This document shows positions 12,376 to 24,582 of a DNA stretch of 64,000 bases, one piece after another. Each line of letters starts with the position of its first letter. Within the stretch, counting starts at the first letter, position 1. The position numbers and the translations under genes were made by a program. This stretch comes from Octopus bimaculoides. Lineage: Eukaryota. Where the stretch lies: the NCBI RefSeq assembly GCF_001194135.2, contig NC_068987.1:15946338-16010337 (forward strand), written 5' to 3'. The notes under the pieces were generated by a model. It was not told where the DNA came from, did not search any database, and saw nothing but the letters and a program-made list of their open reading frames with translations.

Positions 12376-13481
12376 ATGCATGCTCCCCCTCCTCTCTCAA
12401 TTTTGGTTATGTCTTTTATGTTCACAAAAAAATAGGAAGGTACTATATTCATAAAGTTAAATTTTGGCCAAACATGCCATTTAGACATTAGGGAAATGGT
12501 GTTTATAACTGTATTTTTGAAAATTATATTTCCATTACACATAGAAATTTATACATAGGTTTCTGCTACCCCGCCACACACAGTCTCTCTCTCTCTCTCT
12601 ATCTATCTATCTGTCTATCTATCTACCTATCTCTCATTACTAATATTTATGATCAGATGTTGAGACACATTGGAGCATATCCCAGTTTTTTAAGTGCTGT
12701 TGGAAGCCAGTCTATCACAGGTTTGCTCTTGGGAGGATTTGAGTTTATCCCTTTGATCACATACCTGTTATACAGTTTTTCTTTTCTGTTTGTTGTGTTA
12801 CGTAACACATCTACTTTTGGAAATTATCAGTTAAGGTTATTCGCCACAGATTGTACTATCTACAACTGCTCAATTCTTTAGACAGCACCCATTACAACTT
12901 TCACATATACTTATTAATCGGTATAATTAATTGTAAAGGCTGTTCTTTATTTTTTATTTTTATAAAATGAAGGTACTTTGTTTAGTTGACTTTTGTACCT
13001 TTAAATGCATAATTTCAGTGTTACAATCATGATAAATTTTATCTGATAAACTGATTAGAATTTCACAGTTGCAGTTGTTTGACGGATGACTTGATCTGGG
13101 ACTGTGTGTTGTAGTTGAAACAGTTTCATCATGGAAGAACTATTTTAACCATTCAAGAATTGTTATTTTCTCATATTTGATTAGGCTGTTATTATGTAAC
13201 ATGCTTCACGATTTTAGTGTATATACCTTATTAGTATTTCCTCCTATGTTCTACATACTCTGGGAATGCATGAAAACCCTTTTTGGGGCTACTTTATTTG
13301 AATTCTTACTATTGAGTAACTAATTTCATGTTATTACATAACTGACTTCACAATTTGGGTATTCATAACTTATTGGGAATTCCTAAAAACAAGATCCTGT
13401 GTAAGACAGTTCTGTATTCTCTGTAAATGCACAAAAAACATTTTAAGGGCTACATACTTTGTATTGTTGTTATTGGATTAG

Positions 13482-13539
13482 CGAAACAATTATGAGAATG
13501 GACCCAAGGGATAAGCTCCGCTTTCCCAGGAGTCACCGG
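13482..13539 (+). CDS. Candidate internal or first coding exon of an unidentified gene (ETIMRMDPRDKLRFPRSHR)
   Basis: Unique GC/CpG-richer 58-nt patch bounded by ...ggattag and CGG|gtatgt; open in only one frame; protein not recognised and no partner exon confirmed. Confidence 0.45.
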
Positions 13540-14329
13540 GTATGTCAGCTAGTTTCTTAATAGTACAGTCTATGATGAAGTTTTATTGCACTCATATGCA
13601 ACATGAACACTGACAAAATTCTATTGTTAGTTATCTTTCTGTCTGTCTAGTTAGTGATCGGGACACAGAAGCACGCAGAAACTTTTTTACATTTCATATT
13701 AGATTGTGTAATTAGGACATGAAAAAAGCTTTTTAATGAATGTAATAGCTTTTGTGTGTTGTCAAATGGCTAAAATGACTTTCCATGATGTAATTGTTAA
13801 TTTATTGCTTGAGAAGGTCTGGGTTTGTTATCAGAGTTGGTGTTGTTAAAAAAATTTTCTATAGTCGTATTTAAATGAGAGTAGATTAATCTACTTACTT
13901 CAACCTAGCTATCTACAAAATAAAAAAAAGAGAGAGAGGAAAACATTAATGGTAGACTATGACAACAAAAATAAAATACTTGACCTAATAATTTCTGATG
14001 TAGTTTGTAAAACATTTTTACTTGATGCTAATATAGAAAGTGGCAGGACTGATTTAAATAATACAATGTCGATAGTACTAAAAGTACAAGAGTGCTAACT
14101 AGCACAGTGGATAGGATTTGAGGTAGTTTGAAGCTCTCTGATGACTACAAAGAGTTTCTCTTTGTTCAGAAAAGAAGACTGCATAAGAGATTGAGGTTTA
14201 TCTGTGCAATATGCGTGGTGAGGCCTTAGGATGTAGAAAATTAGGGATGAATGGGTTTAGCATGGTCTGTTTGATATCTCATTTTAAACTTTGAAGGAAG
14301 TTGATGTTGGAGAATGCCCAGTCCTTACA

Positions 14330-15001
14330 AATGGTAAGATTATGATCCATGGAGATAATCCAGTAATCTATGTAAAAATTGACATGGCATTGATGAAATG
14401 TTTTAACTTTAGATTATTGGAAATAACAGTGTAAGTGAAAATTATAGAATGCATTTAAGAAGATTGTCTAAATTTAGCAATTTGACAAATTGAAGTAAAT
14501 AGCATTTATTTCATAATGAAGTTGGAACATTGAGAAAAAATTAATACATGGCATTATGCTTGGAGAGCTGCCTTTGTTCATCAGCCTGTTTTTGACTTTC
14601 ATTGCCAAGGTTCTGTCTTTTGGTTCCATTATCTTGACTACTATTCTTACCTGACCTTAACTCCTATTGCTGCAGGTTATAACTGTCTAAGTGGAAGCAC
14701 ATGACAAGTTCTCATTGATTCTGATTGTTATGTCAAGTACTTGGTTACCAGACACTTGCCAAATGAGATTTTCTTCCAAGTATGGTTCCAGTTGTTTGCC
14801 CTGCCTGGCATTATTTATTATTATGATGTCTTTTTTTTCTTCTTTTGTTATAGTTTTATTACTTTTTATATTAACTTTGTTTTTATTAACCGTTGATGAT
14901 ACACCACCATTCAGTTTTATTATTGTGATCCTATGGAACAGACATTTTAGCAATGGGGGAGGAGCAGGGTTAATGTTCAGTATTGTTCCAATAATGGCCA
15001 T
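14330..15001 (-). mobile_element. Possible highly degraded LINE apurinic endonuclease region
   Basis: Minus-strand fragments in plausible order: LNIN, GGVSSTV, IIIIN, then YIDYWIISMDHN (cf. IDY...SDH); weak similarity only. Confidence 0.4.
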
Positions 15002-15129
15002 TGACTAAGCAATATTCTGCAATTCCTTTTTGTGGATTAACTGAATTAACTTTTTGCAGATGTAACAACATCTATTCAAGCATACTTAGCTCTCTTGGTT
15101 TTGTAGTTTTATTATTACCATGAATTTAA

Positions 15130-15345
15130 GGCAGCAAGCTGGCAGAATCGTTAGCATGCCAGACAAAATACTTAGTGGCATTTCATCTGTTTTTGCATTC
15201 TGAGATCAAATTCTGCCAAGGTTGACTTTGATTTTCGTCCTTTTGGGTTGATGAAATTAAAGCCAGTTAAGCACTGGGGTTGATGTAATTGACTAACCCC
15301 TCACTCAAAATTTCAGACCTTGTGCCAAAAACAGAAAGGATTGTA
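15130..15345 (+). mobile_element. SINE family A copy with 13-bp TSD (1 mismatch)
   Basis: GGCAGCAAGCTGGCAGAATCGTTAGC head; ACCATGAATTTAA at 15117-15129 and ACCATAAATTTAA at 15346-15358. Confidence 0.88.
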
Positions 15346-15424
15346 ACCATAAATTTAATAGCTTTTTGGTTGTTTTGCATTATTTTAACTCCAGATTAGA
15401 TCTATGGTTGAGAGCATTCACTTC

Positions 15425-15426
<2 letters not shown>

Positions 15427-15478
<52 letters not shown>
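15427..15478. repeat. (TG)n microsatellite
   Basis: Direct reading. Confidence 0.97.
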
Positions 15479-15480
<2 letters not shown>

Positions 15481-15882
15481 TCCACACAGCTACATTGTTA
15501 GTACCATTCTCTTTTTTTTTTTAGCATGGTTTGAGGAAGAACTGACTGCTATTTCTAGCAGGTTGAGCATTCACATGGGGCTCCCTTGGCTTATATACCA
15601 AGTTTTTCTTTTTATAGTTGAGTTATTTTTTTTTTGTAAATCTAATAATTTATCATTTTTGCAGCTAAGTAAGCATGTGTAGTTCTCTATTAGCTTGCAC
15701 AAAGCTGTGCTTATGTTCGGTCAGATAGATAAAAGCCAGGAGAGTATTGGAATATTGTTTGGGAATCCCACTCAACACATTCAAGAACTGCACAACGTGA
15801 TGAGTACTTCAGCTGTTTAACCGTACTAAGACTTTGTCTTATTTAGTTGTTGTGCATAAATTAATTGGTATTTTTATTTATT

Positions 15883-16250
15883 AAGGCGGCAAACTGCAGA
15901 AGTGTTGCTATGCCAGACAAAATGCTTAGCATTTCTTCCAACTCTTTGTTCTGAGTTCAGACGTCACCAAGGTAAAACTTTGTCTTGTTACGATCAATAA
16001 AACAGAGTAACAGTCAAATTTGATGAAATCGACAAACACCCTCCCCTAAAATTTGCTGGCCTTGTTCCAAAATTTGAGAGAATTATTATTGCTATGTCCT
16101 GAGTTCAAATTCTGCTTAGGTTGACTTTGCCTTTCATCCTTTTAAGGGTCAATAAATTAAGTACCAGTGAAACACTGGGGTCGATGTAATTGACTAGCAC
16201 CCTCCCCCAAAATTTCAGGACCTTATGCCTTCAGTAGAAAGGGTTATTAT
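15883..16250 (+). mobile_element. Two tandem SINE family A copies (second one 5'-truncated)
   Basis: AAGGCGGCAAACTGCAGAAG head; second copy starts near CTGAGTTCAAATTCTG after an (ATT)n stretch. Confidence 0.8.
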
Positions 16251-17328
16251 TATTATTTCATTCAGTGTTAAATTATAGCTGTATAATTTATATACTCATT
16301 TACTCTTCCATTGGTTTCAGTTACTAGACTGCAGCCATCTTGGGGTTTCACTTTCAAAGGTCTTAGTTGATCATATTGGCCCCGGTACTTGATTTCAGTC
16401 TGGTATTTATTTTAACAACTTTTATTTACCAAAATGTTTGGTTACTGTTTATCACAAAGGAACGCAGCCTCCGTAAACTAAAATGCTGACACAGACATAG
16501 AGAGACATATATACAAACGCATACGTACATACTGCCAGATTTCACTCTCAAGGTTTTTATTTTGTTATTTCTTATTTTACCATGCCAGGATGGATTGGAT
16601 ATTTCTGAAAATAGACATTCCCATACATTTTGGGACAGATCAATCAATAGATTATTAGTCAGTGTATTGAGGCTTTGGAATAATAGTAGCTTAAACTAAT
16701 TGATTTTTGCCCAATATGGTATGAAGCCTTGAGTTAGATTAAAGTACCTTTGCTAATACAATAACTTACGAAAGTAAATCTAGTGAAAATTTTTATTCAG
16801 TGAATACAGACATAGTGATACTCTATATTATTTTGTTGCATTGCAGATCTGCAGGGAATGTGATTGGAAGTGTGTGTGTGTGTGTGTCTATGTGTGGTCT
16901 GTTTGTGATGTATGTGTGTTTATGCATACATGTTTTTGCAATAACCTTTGCAAAGCAAAAATGATCAAATGGTCACTTCTATCTCTCCCTTCTGCTGTTG
17001 GAGTAAAACCTTAAAATATAGTTATATAGTATGTTACTAAATTGCTATTTTCTATTTAGACTTGCTTCCTATTCTTCAAACAAAATATATGCTATGACCA
17101 AATTTAACTCTAGGGATTAAAAAAAAAAACATGCTAGATTGTTGTGAAACAGTAATTTTATTGAAATTTGTTTTTATTGCTATAGTAGTCTGTTATGGAA
17201 TGTAAAATACACACAAGTGTTTATATGATTGCGAGGAAAATAATATATTATTTTGCTTTGTGTATTTGGTTTGCAAAATTCTTGATGTGAACTCATGTGT
17301 TGAAACATATTTTTTTTGCATCTCAGGA

Positions 17329-17690
17329 GGGTCATTCTATCAACAAACACACTCACACACACACAGGTTCTGTTTTGCTTCTTTATTTTATTTGTCGTTT
17401 TGTTAACCATTTAACCAATTAACTAATTGATTGTTTGATTAATCATTCAGTCACTCAACCACCTAAGTTTGTCCAAGTCGTTTTGTTACCATTCGTAACT
17501 GCATCACTGACATTGTGAATAGTGATGAAAGGACTCTAACAAATATAGCTGATTGATTGACCAAACAAATGATTAATCAAGCTATTGAGTAGTTAATAGG
17601 TTAAATGGTTAACCAATTGACAAATAAAAATAAAGAAATGAAATAGAACCTGTGTGTGTGTGTGTGTGCTTATTATTGGCAAAATGACCC
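17329..17690. repeat. Long imperfect inverted repeat (foldback), arms ~130 bp, spacer ~90 bp
   Basis: GGGTCATT...(CA)n CAGGTTCT...GTTAACCATTTAACC on the left mirrors GGTTAAATGGTTAAC...AGAACCTG (TG)n...AATGACCC on the right. Confidence 0.85.
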
Positions 17691-17812
17691 CACCCTCTCA
17701 ATACAACAAAATATATTAAATTTGTGGTTAATGATGAAGATGGTAGCAAAAATTAGGATTCAACCTATGACAGTATAGAATTTGGAAATCAAATAATGAT
17801 GATGATGATTCT

Positions 17813-17942
17813 CAGCTTTGGCATAAAGTCACTAATTTTGAGGTGGGATGCAGGTGGTTAAATTGACTTGATCTCTTGACTGGTATTTTATTGACCCTCA
17901 CAGAAGGATGAAAACAAAGCTCATCCAGCATGATTTGAACTC
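17813..17942 (-). mobile_element. Degraded SINE family A copy
   Basis: CTGGTATTTTATTGACCC...AAGGATGAAAACAAAG...GATTTGAACTC is the reverse complement of the family A core. Confidence 0.65.
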
Positions 17943-18192
17943 TTTACATAAGGGGATATATAATCAAATAACTCCAGTAAACTTTTCCATAATTCTGATC
18001 AATTCTGCCACTCATAACTTCTACAAAGGAATCAGTGAAGGTAGTCAATTTTTTTTTTCTGTCACATTATATTACCGATATTTAGTTGATCAATCCCAAG
18101 GGCATGATAATTTCTTACATAATTACACACAGTCCTCAAGGAATGTTTTTTTTTCTTTTTTTTTTTTTACCTTTCTTTTAACAATGACAATC

Positions 18193-18431
18193 TTAACCCT
18201 TTTGTTACCATATTTCTGTTGACATATCCTGCTTCTGTTTTAATTACTTTCGAAAACAACGAAAATTTTGTGAGATAACTGTCATATAAGATCGAACAGG
18301 AAACTGGTATTTGAAACATAAATTAACATGAGATTGAATTTTGACAAACTGTTTTTAGATCACTTTCAAATTGGAAATTTGTACCACAGAACCAGGGGTG
18401 GTCCCAGGTGGGTTGTTATCAAACGAGTTAA
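18193..18431. mobile_element. TTAA-flanked MITE (piggyBac-type ends)
   Basis: TTAACCCTTTTGTTACC ... GTTATCAAACGAGTTAA; a related 3' portion ends GGTATCAAATGGGTTAA at 45091. Confidence 0.7.
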
Positions 18432-19285
18432 GTCAGATACAATCTTACACACACACACACACACACCCCTGTCTGTTGGCATCCTTGGTTGATTTTCTCT
18501 TTTAGTAGTGTTCCAACTCCATTCTAGTTTATAATATTGTTCATATGACGATATTACAGCACATGTATTGAATGTCAGCATATCTTCATTGTGTTGTATG
18601 TAGTTCCCCGAATGAAAAGTTTTATTTGGCAACTTGTAAAATTTCTAATAATAGTAATAATAGTAGTAGTAATTTTTTAACCACTTTTCTAAATATATTA
18701 AAAATAAAACCTATTATGTAATTACAGATTTTTTCTCGAAATATTCTTCTTGAATCAAATTCTTATTATAGTTTTTTCTTTCTTTGCACTACTGTAGTGT
18801 TGTTGATAATGCAATACTTAGTGCTCGAAATCACTGGAGAATAGGGTCCGAGTCTGAGTGATTCCTTCCAGTTTCTGGATCATTTGGTAAGCTACTTAAC
18901 TCTCTCAAGCTTTTCATACCTTTTGCATAAAGTTGATAACCCCCACCCTTCCCTTGTTCCACTGAGAAATGTTACATCATTGGTTGTTTTTTTTTTTTAA
19001 AAAGAAAAGAAAATGCTAATATTCTTCTGTAGGAATTAATTTTCTGTAATCTTTTGACTCTTTTATTGGAGCATCACTTCAAGGCTTTTGTCTTCATAGA
19101 ATGAAGCAAGTGAGAATCCACTAGAGTTCTTTGAATTTTCTTTTCTCTTGATGCATGGGCAGATTTAAGACCAAAGTAACAGACCATGTCGGTTTTACAG
19201 TAACCCCACCCCAAATACCCCTAACAGTGATGTGATATTCCTCTGAGGCATCAATGATTTTATCGTGTAGCCGGCATTGATCATT

Positions 19286-19700
19286 CATCATCATTTTCAT
19301 CATTTAGTGTCCACTTTTCCATGCTTGCCTGGGTCAGACGGAATTTGTTAAAACAAATTTTCTGTGGCCGATGCCCACTCTATCACCAATCCATACCTTG
19401 TTTTCCCATATCTAAATATGTTTTTCCTTGAAGACTGGAAACAAACAACCTCACTTGTGTGATAATGATGATGATGATGCCCGTTTACAACCATCACGTA
19501 ATGTCAAGACAAGAGGTACACACACTTATACATACATGTGATGAGCTTTTTCAGTTTCCATCTACCAAATACACTTACAAGGCTTTGGTTGGCCTGGGGG
19601 CTATAGTAGAAGATACTTACCCAAGGTGCCATGCAGTGGGACAGAATCCAGGATTGCATGGTTGGGAAGGAAGCTTCTTAACCACACAGCCACTCTCTGC
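19286..19700 (-). mobile_element. SINE family B copy with (GAT)n tail
   Basis: Tail CATCAT...GTCCACTTTTCCATGC at the left; core TTTCCATCTACCAAAT...CCAAGGTGCCATGCAGTGGGAC; head AACCACACAGCCACTC. Confidence 0.85.
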
Positions 19701-19738
19701 TGAGTATGTTGCTTTAAGGATTTAGAATTATCTTTTAT

Positions 19739-20068
19739 ACTTGTTTCAGTCATTGGACTGTGGCCATGCTGGGGCACCTCTTTAAAAAGTGAAATTGAAC
19801 AGATCAACCCCAGTATTTATTTTGTAAGCCTTATACTTGTTTTATTGGTCTCACTGTTGAACTGTTAGGTTATGGAAACATAAACCAACACCGATTGTCA
19901 AGCAGTGGTGGTGGGGAAAACACAGCACAAAGACACACACCCACACACGACCAGCATTTAAAAATTTCCATCTACCAAATCCACTCACAAGGCTTTGGTT
20001 AGTTTGAGGCTATAATAGAAGAAACTTACCCAAAATGCTACATAATGGGCCTGAACTCAGAACCATAT
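19739..20068 (-). mobile_element. SINE family B copy with the TGACTGAAACAAGT tail
   Basis: ACTTGTTTCAGTCATTGGACTGTGGCCATGCTGGGGCACC tail, and core CATCTACCAAATCCACTCACAAGGCTTTGG. Confidence 0.8.
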
Positions 20069-20322
20069 AAGGCCTTTTTTAAAAAAAAAAAAAAAAATTT
20101 TTTTAGTTGCTTTATATTAAAATAAGTTAATAAAGTGATTGGAAAGCAAGATTTGGGTGTATTCTTTGGCAAGTTTGGTAAATACATTATATCGCTAGCT
20201 TATATTTCCATGATTTTCGTTTGATCAAAGAAACCTGCTAGAAATTCAATTCTGAGTTTTTGTCTGAATTGTGTGATCTGAAGAAATTGAAGTAATTTAG
20301 TTACCCAAAATAGAAAGTATAT

Positions 20323-20710
20323 GCAGGTATGGTTTTGTGGTTAAGAAGTTTGTCACCCAAACACATGGTTTTAGGTTCAGTTCCACTCCCTGGCACCTTG
20401 GGCAAGTGTCTTCTATTATAGCCCTGGGCCAACCAAAATGTGAGTGGATTTGATAGACAAACTGATAGAAGCCTCTGTGTGTGTGTGTGTGTGTGTGTGT
20501 TTCAACATCATGAGATAGTTACAAATGAGTTCTCTATTGTAGAAGCATTGTCATTAATTTTCTGTCTTCTCTGAAATCATGTCTTGCCATGGTGGAAATA
20601 TTACCTTGTTTGGAAACAGGAAGGCCATCTGGTCACTGAAAAATCTGCCTCAATAAACTCCATCCAACCCATACAAGCTTGGAAAAGTGGTCATTAAAAC
20701 AATGATGATG
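20323..20710 (+). mobile_element. SINE family B copy with (GAT)n tail
   Basis: TGTGGTTAAGAAGTTTG...GGTTCAGTTCC...TTGGGCAAGTGTCTTCTATTATAGCC...GGAAAAGTGGTCATTAAAACAATGATGAT. Confidence 0.85.
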
Positions 20711-21568
20711 CAAATGTACCAAAGAACAACTCCGTGGGAGGTAAAAGAAAAAGAACTGAAGAAATACTGTATTATTTTTCATTCCTTATACATACTGTAT
20801 TCAATAGTAAATTCTTATATGCAATAGTCAAATTCTGGTGATACACTACCAACTGCATAATAATTGAGACTCATATTATTTGGTTCCACAGTAATCAGTA
20901 TTGCTCTGTGCACATGCATGTGATAATTACCGGTCAGATCAGAGAAGTTTTCTTCAGGCCATGACTTGGTTCTTCATCTTTGCAGCATCAGCAACAACAA
21001 CACACACACACAATCTTTCTATCCCCCACCCCTATATCTCTCTCATAAATTTTATTGAAATGTAATTATTGAATATTGTTGGTCATATGATTTAAAGGTT
21101 ATTGTTTCAAATGCATCCTTGTCTCTGCTTTGGTAAAGGTATGCATTAACTCGACTCACTCAGCGATCTTGTAGTTTGTTTGTACATCCAGTCTGTTCCT
21201 TTTTCATATTTTCCTTTCAGACTGATTTCTTTTATTTTGTTTAGTTTGGTTTCACACTAAATCATTAAAATAAAAGTACATCAAATTCCCCTACTCCATT
21301 TACAGGTTTGAAATAGTGTAACGGCTAAATAGGTATGTTTTCTTTTTAAATAACCCAAATATACTAGATTACCTATCAGAATACTAAGGAAATAATTTTT
21401 CCAAGGGTTTTTATGTTTGGAACTAAAATTTGTTCCTTGAAAGCAGCTGTGAATTCTTCAAACTTTAATTAGTCGATTATGTTTTTTTTCTTCTTTTTCT
21501 TCCCCACACCAATTCTAAAATCTATTTCATGGATTGTAATGTTTGTTCACATCTGTGTGTCATTCTGG

Positions 21569-21599
<31 letters not shown>

Positions 21600-21800
21600 A
21601 ACTCTGGGCAAATATATTTCTTTCTTTTTTTTTTTTTAAAGTTTTTAAAAAAATGTGTTTTTAGGGTTACAATTGCCAGAAATTAATCACATGGATTGTA
21701 GTTGGAACAGAGGGCAGCTCCTTAAATTTCATTTCCAATAATGAATTTGTTTTTAAGCCAATAAGTTCCATTTGTATGTTACTCTGCATTTTCATGATTT

Positions 21801-21810
21801 NNNNNNNNNN
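21801..21810. other. Assembly gap (10 N)
   Basis: N run. Confidence 1.
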
Positions 21811-22057
21811 AAATAGGTTTATAAATGCCAGTGTTCAAGGTCTCTTCTTTAGCAAAATCATGAAAATGACTTTCAAATGACTTTTGAAAACTTGATTTTT
21901 TTAATTATTTTCTTTAAAAAAAAAAAAAGTTTTTTTTTTTTGTAAAATTGCCATTTTCCTCCGTATATTCAATTTGATTTTTTAAGTGTGAAAACTGGTT
22001 CAAATCTTCATTTATTTGTTAAGTATTGAACAATCTTAAGTTTGTTTTGATAGTCAT

Positions 22058-22390
22058 GGATATGACCATATGGTTAAAGTTTTCTTTATAACCATGAGGT
22101 TTTGGGTTTGTTTGCATTGTATGGTACCATGGGTAGGTTTCTCCTGCTATGGCGTCAGACTGACCAATGCCTTCTGAATGGAATTAATGGAAACTGTTAG
22201 AAACCTCTTCTGTGTGTAATATGTGTCTTGATGTTGTTTGAAGGGCTATGGGGAAATATTGCCTTATTTGGAAACAGATAAGGGTTGGTTTGAGGAAGAG
22301 CACTCACCTGTAGAATATTTACCTCAATAAGTTTCACCTAATCCATGCTGGTATGGAAAAGTGGGCATTAAAACAATGATGATAATGATA
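22058..22390 (+). mobile_element. SINE family B copy with (GAT)n tail, nested in the hAT remnant
   Basis: Degraded head and core; ends GGAAAAGTGGGCATTAAAACAATGATGATAATGAT; hAT motifs continue on both sides. Confidence 0.75.
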
Positions 22391-24071
22391 AATGTATTCC
22401 TGTCATTTACTTAAACTATGAAGGAATTTGTTGCTGTCTCAAATAGTCATTTGTTAGCATATAAAAGAGCTATTTTTTCTGGTTCTTAATTCTTTTTCTC
22501 TTGTAGAAAATTATGAAGAGTATTTTTCATTTTCAAAAGTCTGCTTAGAACCTGTCTTCTAGAAATCCACCTCAATGGAGGACAAGGTTGCCATATTCTA
22601 AATCTAGCGTGTCACAATATTCTCTGAATTCTAATCTTATCAATGCATTTCACAACCATTAACATATTGAAGGATTGCAAGTGTTTTCCACATGACTCTT
22701 GGTGTATATAGGACAATAATACTTTACTAGAGGACAGTCTAAAATGTTTTCAAGCAGAGTTGTAGCCTGCAGTGACTTAACAGATCATTGACATAATTCC
22801 ATCAGGTTTTCATTGAGGTGATTCAAGAGCGACAAATTGTTCAAAGACTCTGAAATTATCGATGCTTTTATAAAAACGGTCAACTGACCTATATCACACA
22901 TGTTGATCAATTCAGCCAAAGGTATGAGAAAATAAAGGGCATTTCATTTGCTCGTATAATCATAAATTCTTCAGCGTGTTTTGTAACTTCTTCCTTTCAC
23001 CTTCTTTTCTTTCAATATTTTATCAAATATTTAGAGATAAAAACCAAACACTTTCTTCCCTATCAAAGAAAGGCTCCCATTTTGGAGGCAATAGCTAAAG
23101 CAATTTCATAAGACATCTTTCATCACCAAAGTTTTTGCATTTTACAGCAAAGATTTTTTTTGTTTTCTTTTTTTTGATTTCTTCATTTTCCTCAACCGCA
23201 TTTCTTTTCACCATTCAAACCCCCAACACTTGCTTTAGTTTTCCTTCTATTTTAGTCTGTTCTGTTGTGTTGTGTAGTGTCTATTATGTCTTCTATTATG
23301 TGAAAAGCTATTTTCACAAACAATGCACAGCAGGTTTTCCTGAAGGATCTGCTATAAATAGAAGCTCCTTTCCCCACTATTCATTGAATTTACACTTAAT
23401 ATCACTTTCTGCTTTTCTTTTACTCATTCTTTTTTTTTTTTTTTAACTTTTTGCACCTTGAAGTGTAAAATAAAAAAAAAAAGAACCAGGTTTAATTTAC
23501 AAAAAAACCCCCAGTAAAAATGCAACAATGTTCACAAAGGATGAACAGAGTGCAACTCTAGTGTGGGAGTGTCAACTGTAAACTGATGGCAAAAACCATG
23601 ATGGACAGGTGCCACTAGCTGCTACCTTTGGATCAAGCATACATCAAATGTCTGTTGAACAATTATAAACAAATGTGAAGAAGTAGCATTTCTAACTCAG
23701 TGTAACACTTTCGGTGCATGCAAGATAGGTTGACCATCTTTGATAGATGTGATGATGTTCAGTTTGAATATATGTAAGTAAAAGTATGCATATAGAGGGA
23801 AATGTGAGCAGAAATGCAAAATCAGTAAAAGTCATAAAGTTGACAATCTAATTGATCTTTTACTTGTTTTGGCTATTTGGATTATGGCCATGTTCGGACA
23901 CTGCAAATCTTTTTTTAAGGCCTGGCATGTATTCTATCAGGTGTTTTTTTTTTTTTTTGCTGAACTGTTAAGTTATAGAGATGTAGACATTTCAACACTG
24001 TCAAGTGATGTTGGGGTGGAATGTAAACACAAAGACATACACAAATTGATGTGTGTGTACATGTGTGTGAG

Positions 24072-24225
24072 AGGCTTCTTTCAGTTTCTGTCTACCAAAT
24101 CCACTCAAAAGGCTTTGGTTAGCCCGAGGCTATGGTAGAAAACACTCGCCCAAGGTACCATGCAGTGGGATTGAACCTAACCAGGTAGTTGGGAAGCAAA
24201 CTTCTTAACACAAAGCCATACCTGC
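24072..24225 (-). mobile_element. SINE family B head and core
   Basis: GGCTTCTTTCAGTTTCTGTCTACCAAATCCACTC...CCCAAGGTACCATGCAGTGGGATTGAACC. Confidence 0.8.
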
Positions 24226-24526
24226 ATGTAGTTCAAATGAGTATTACAGAAGTTTATTAAAAAAGAAAAATAGAAAAGAAAAAAAAACAAAAACAAATTA
24301 CTAATTAGCTCTGATCATGCATATGTATGCGTAAACCCGAGCAAGATTTTTTTGAGGAAAACTGGCAGTTGCCCATGTAAGCAAGTACTTTAATTCCATG
24401 ACTTGACACAAACTGCTGAGTTGCTGGACTTTTGTTTATATATAGGGCATAACATTATTGTTGCTGTCTGACTGATGTTAGGTGTGGAAACATGTAGTGA
24501 CTAGCACACACAGGTGTGTGCATACA

Positions 24527-24582
<56 letters not shown>

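Larger units (their letters stand above)
21420..23427 (-). mobile_element. Near full-length decayed hAT transposase (SPIN/Buster/GTF2IRD2-like), interrupted by a SINE
   Basis: From ATG 23427: MSKRKAESDIKCKFNE*W..LFI..SGKP..CIVC; SYEIA..EPFFD; IHQESCGK..MLMVVKCIDKIR; EYGNLVLH and RWISRRQVLSRLL (cf. EYGDL..HTEVRWLSRGKVL); IQMELIGLK..FW; THRCEQTLQSMK (cf. STYLCEQxFS); many stops and frameshifts. Confidence 0.8.

Noticed and set aside
13573-13615. C/D-box snoRNA-like motif pairs (here and at about 17521)
   Set aside because: Box C to box D spacing is too short and there is no terminal stem or guide.
14170-14217. 48-nt in-frame exon candidate KRRLHKRLRFICAICV
   Set aside because: Splice sites are plausible, but it lies next to probable LINE debris and the peptide has no support.
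18798-18887. Strong acceptor and gtaagc donor pair
   Set aside because: All three frames contain stops across the interval.
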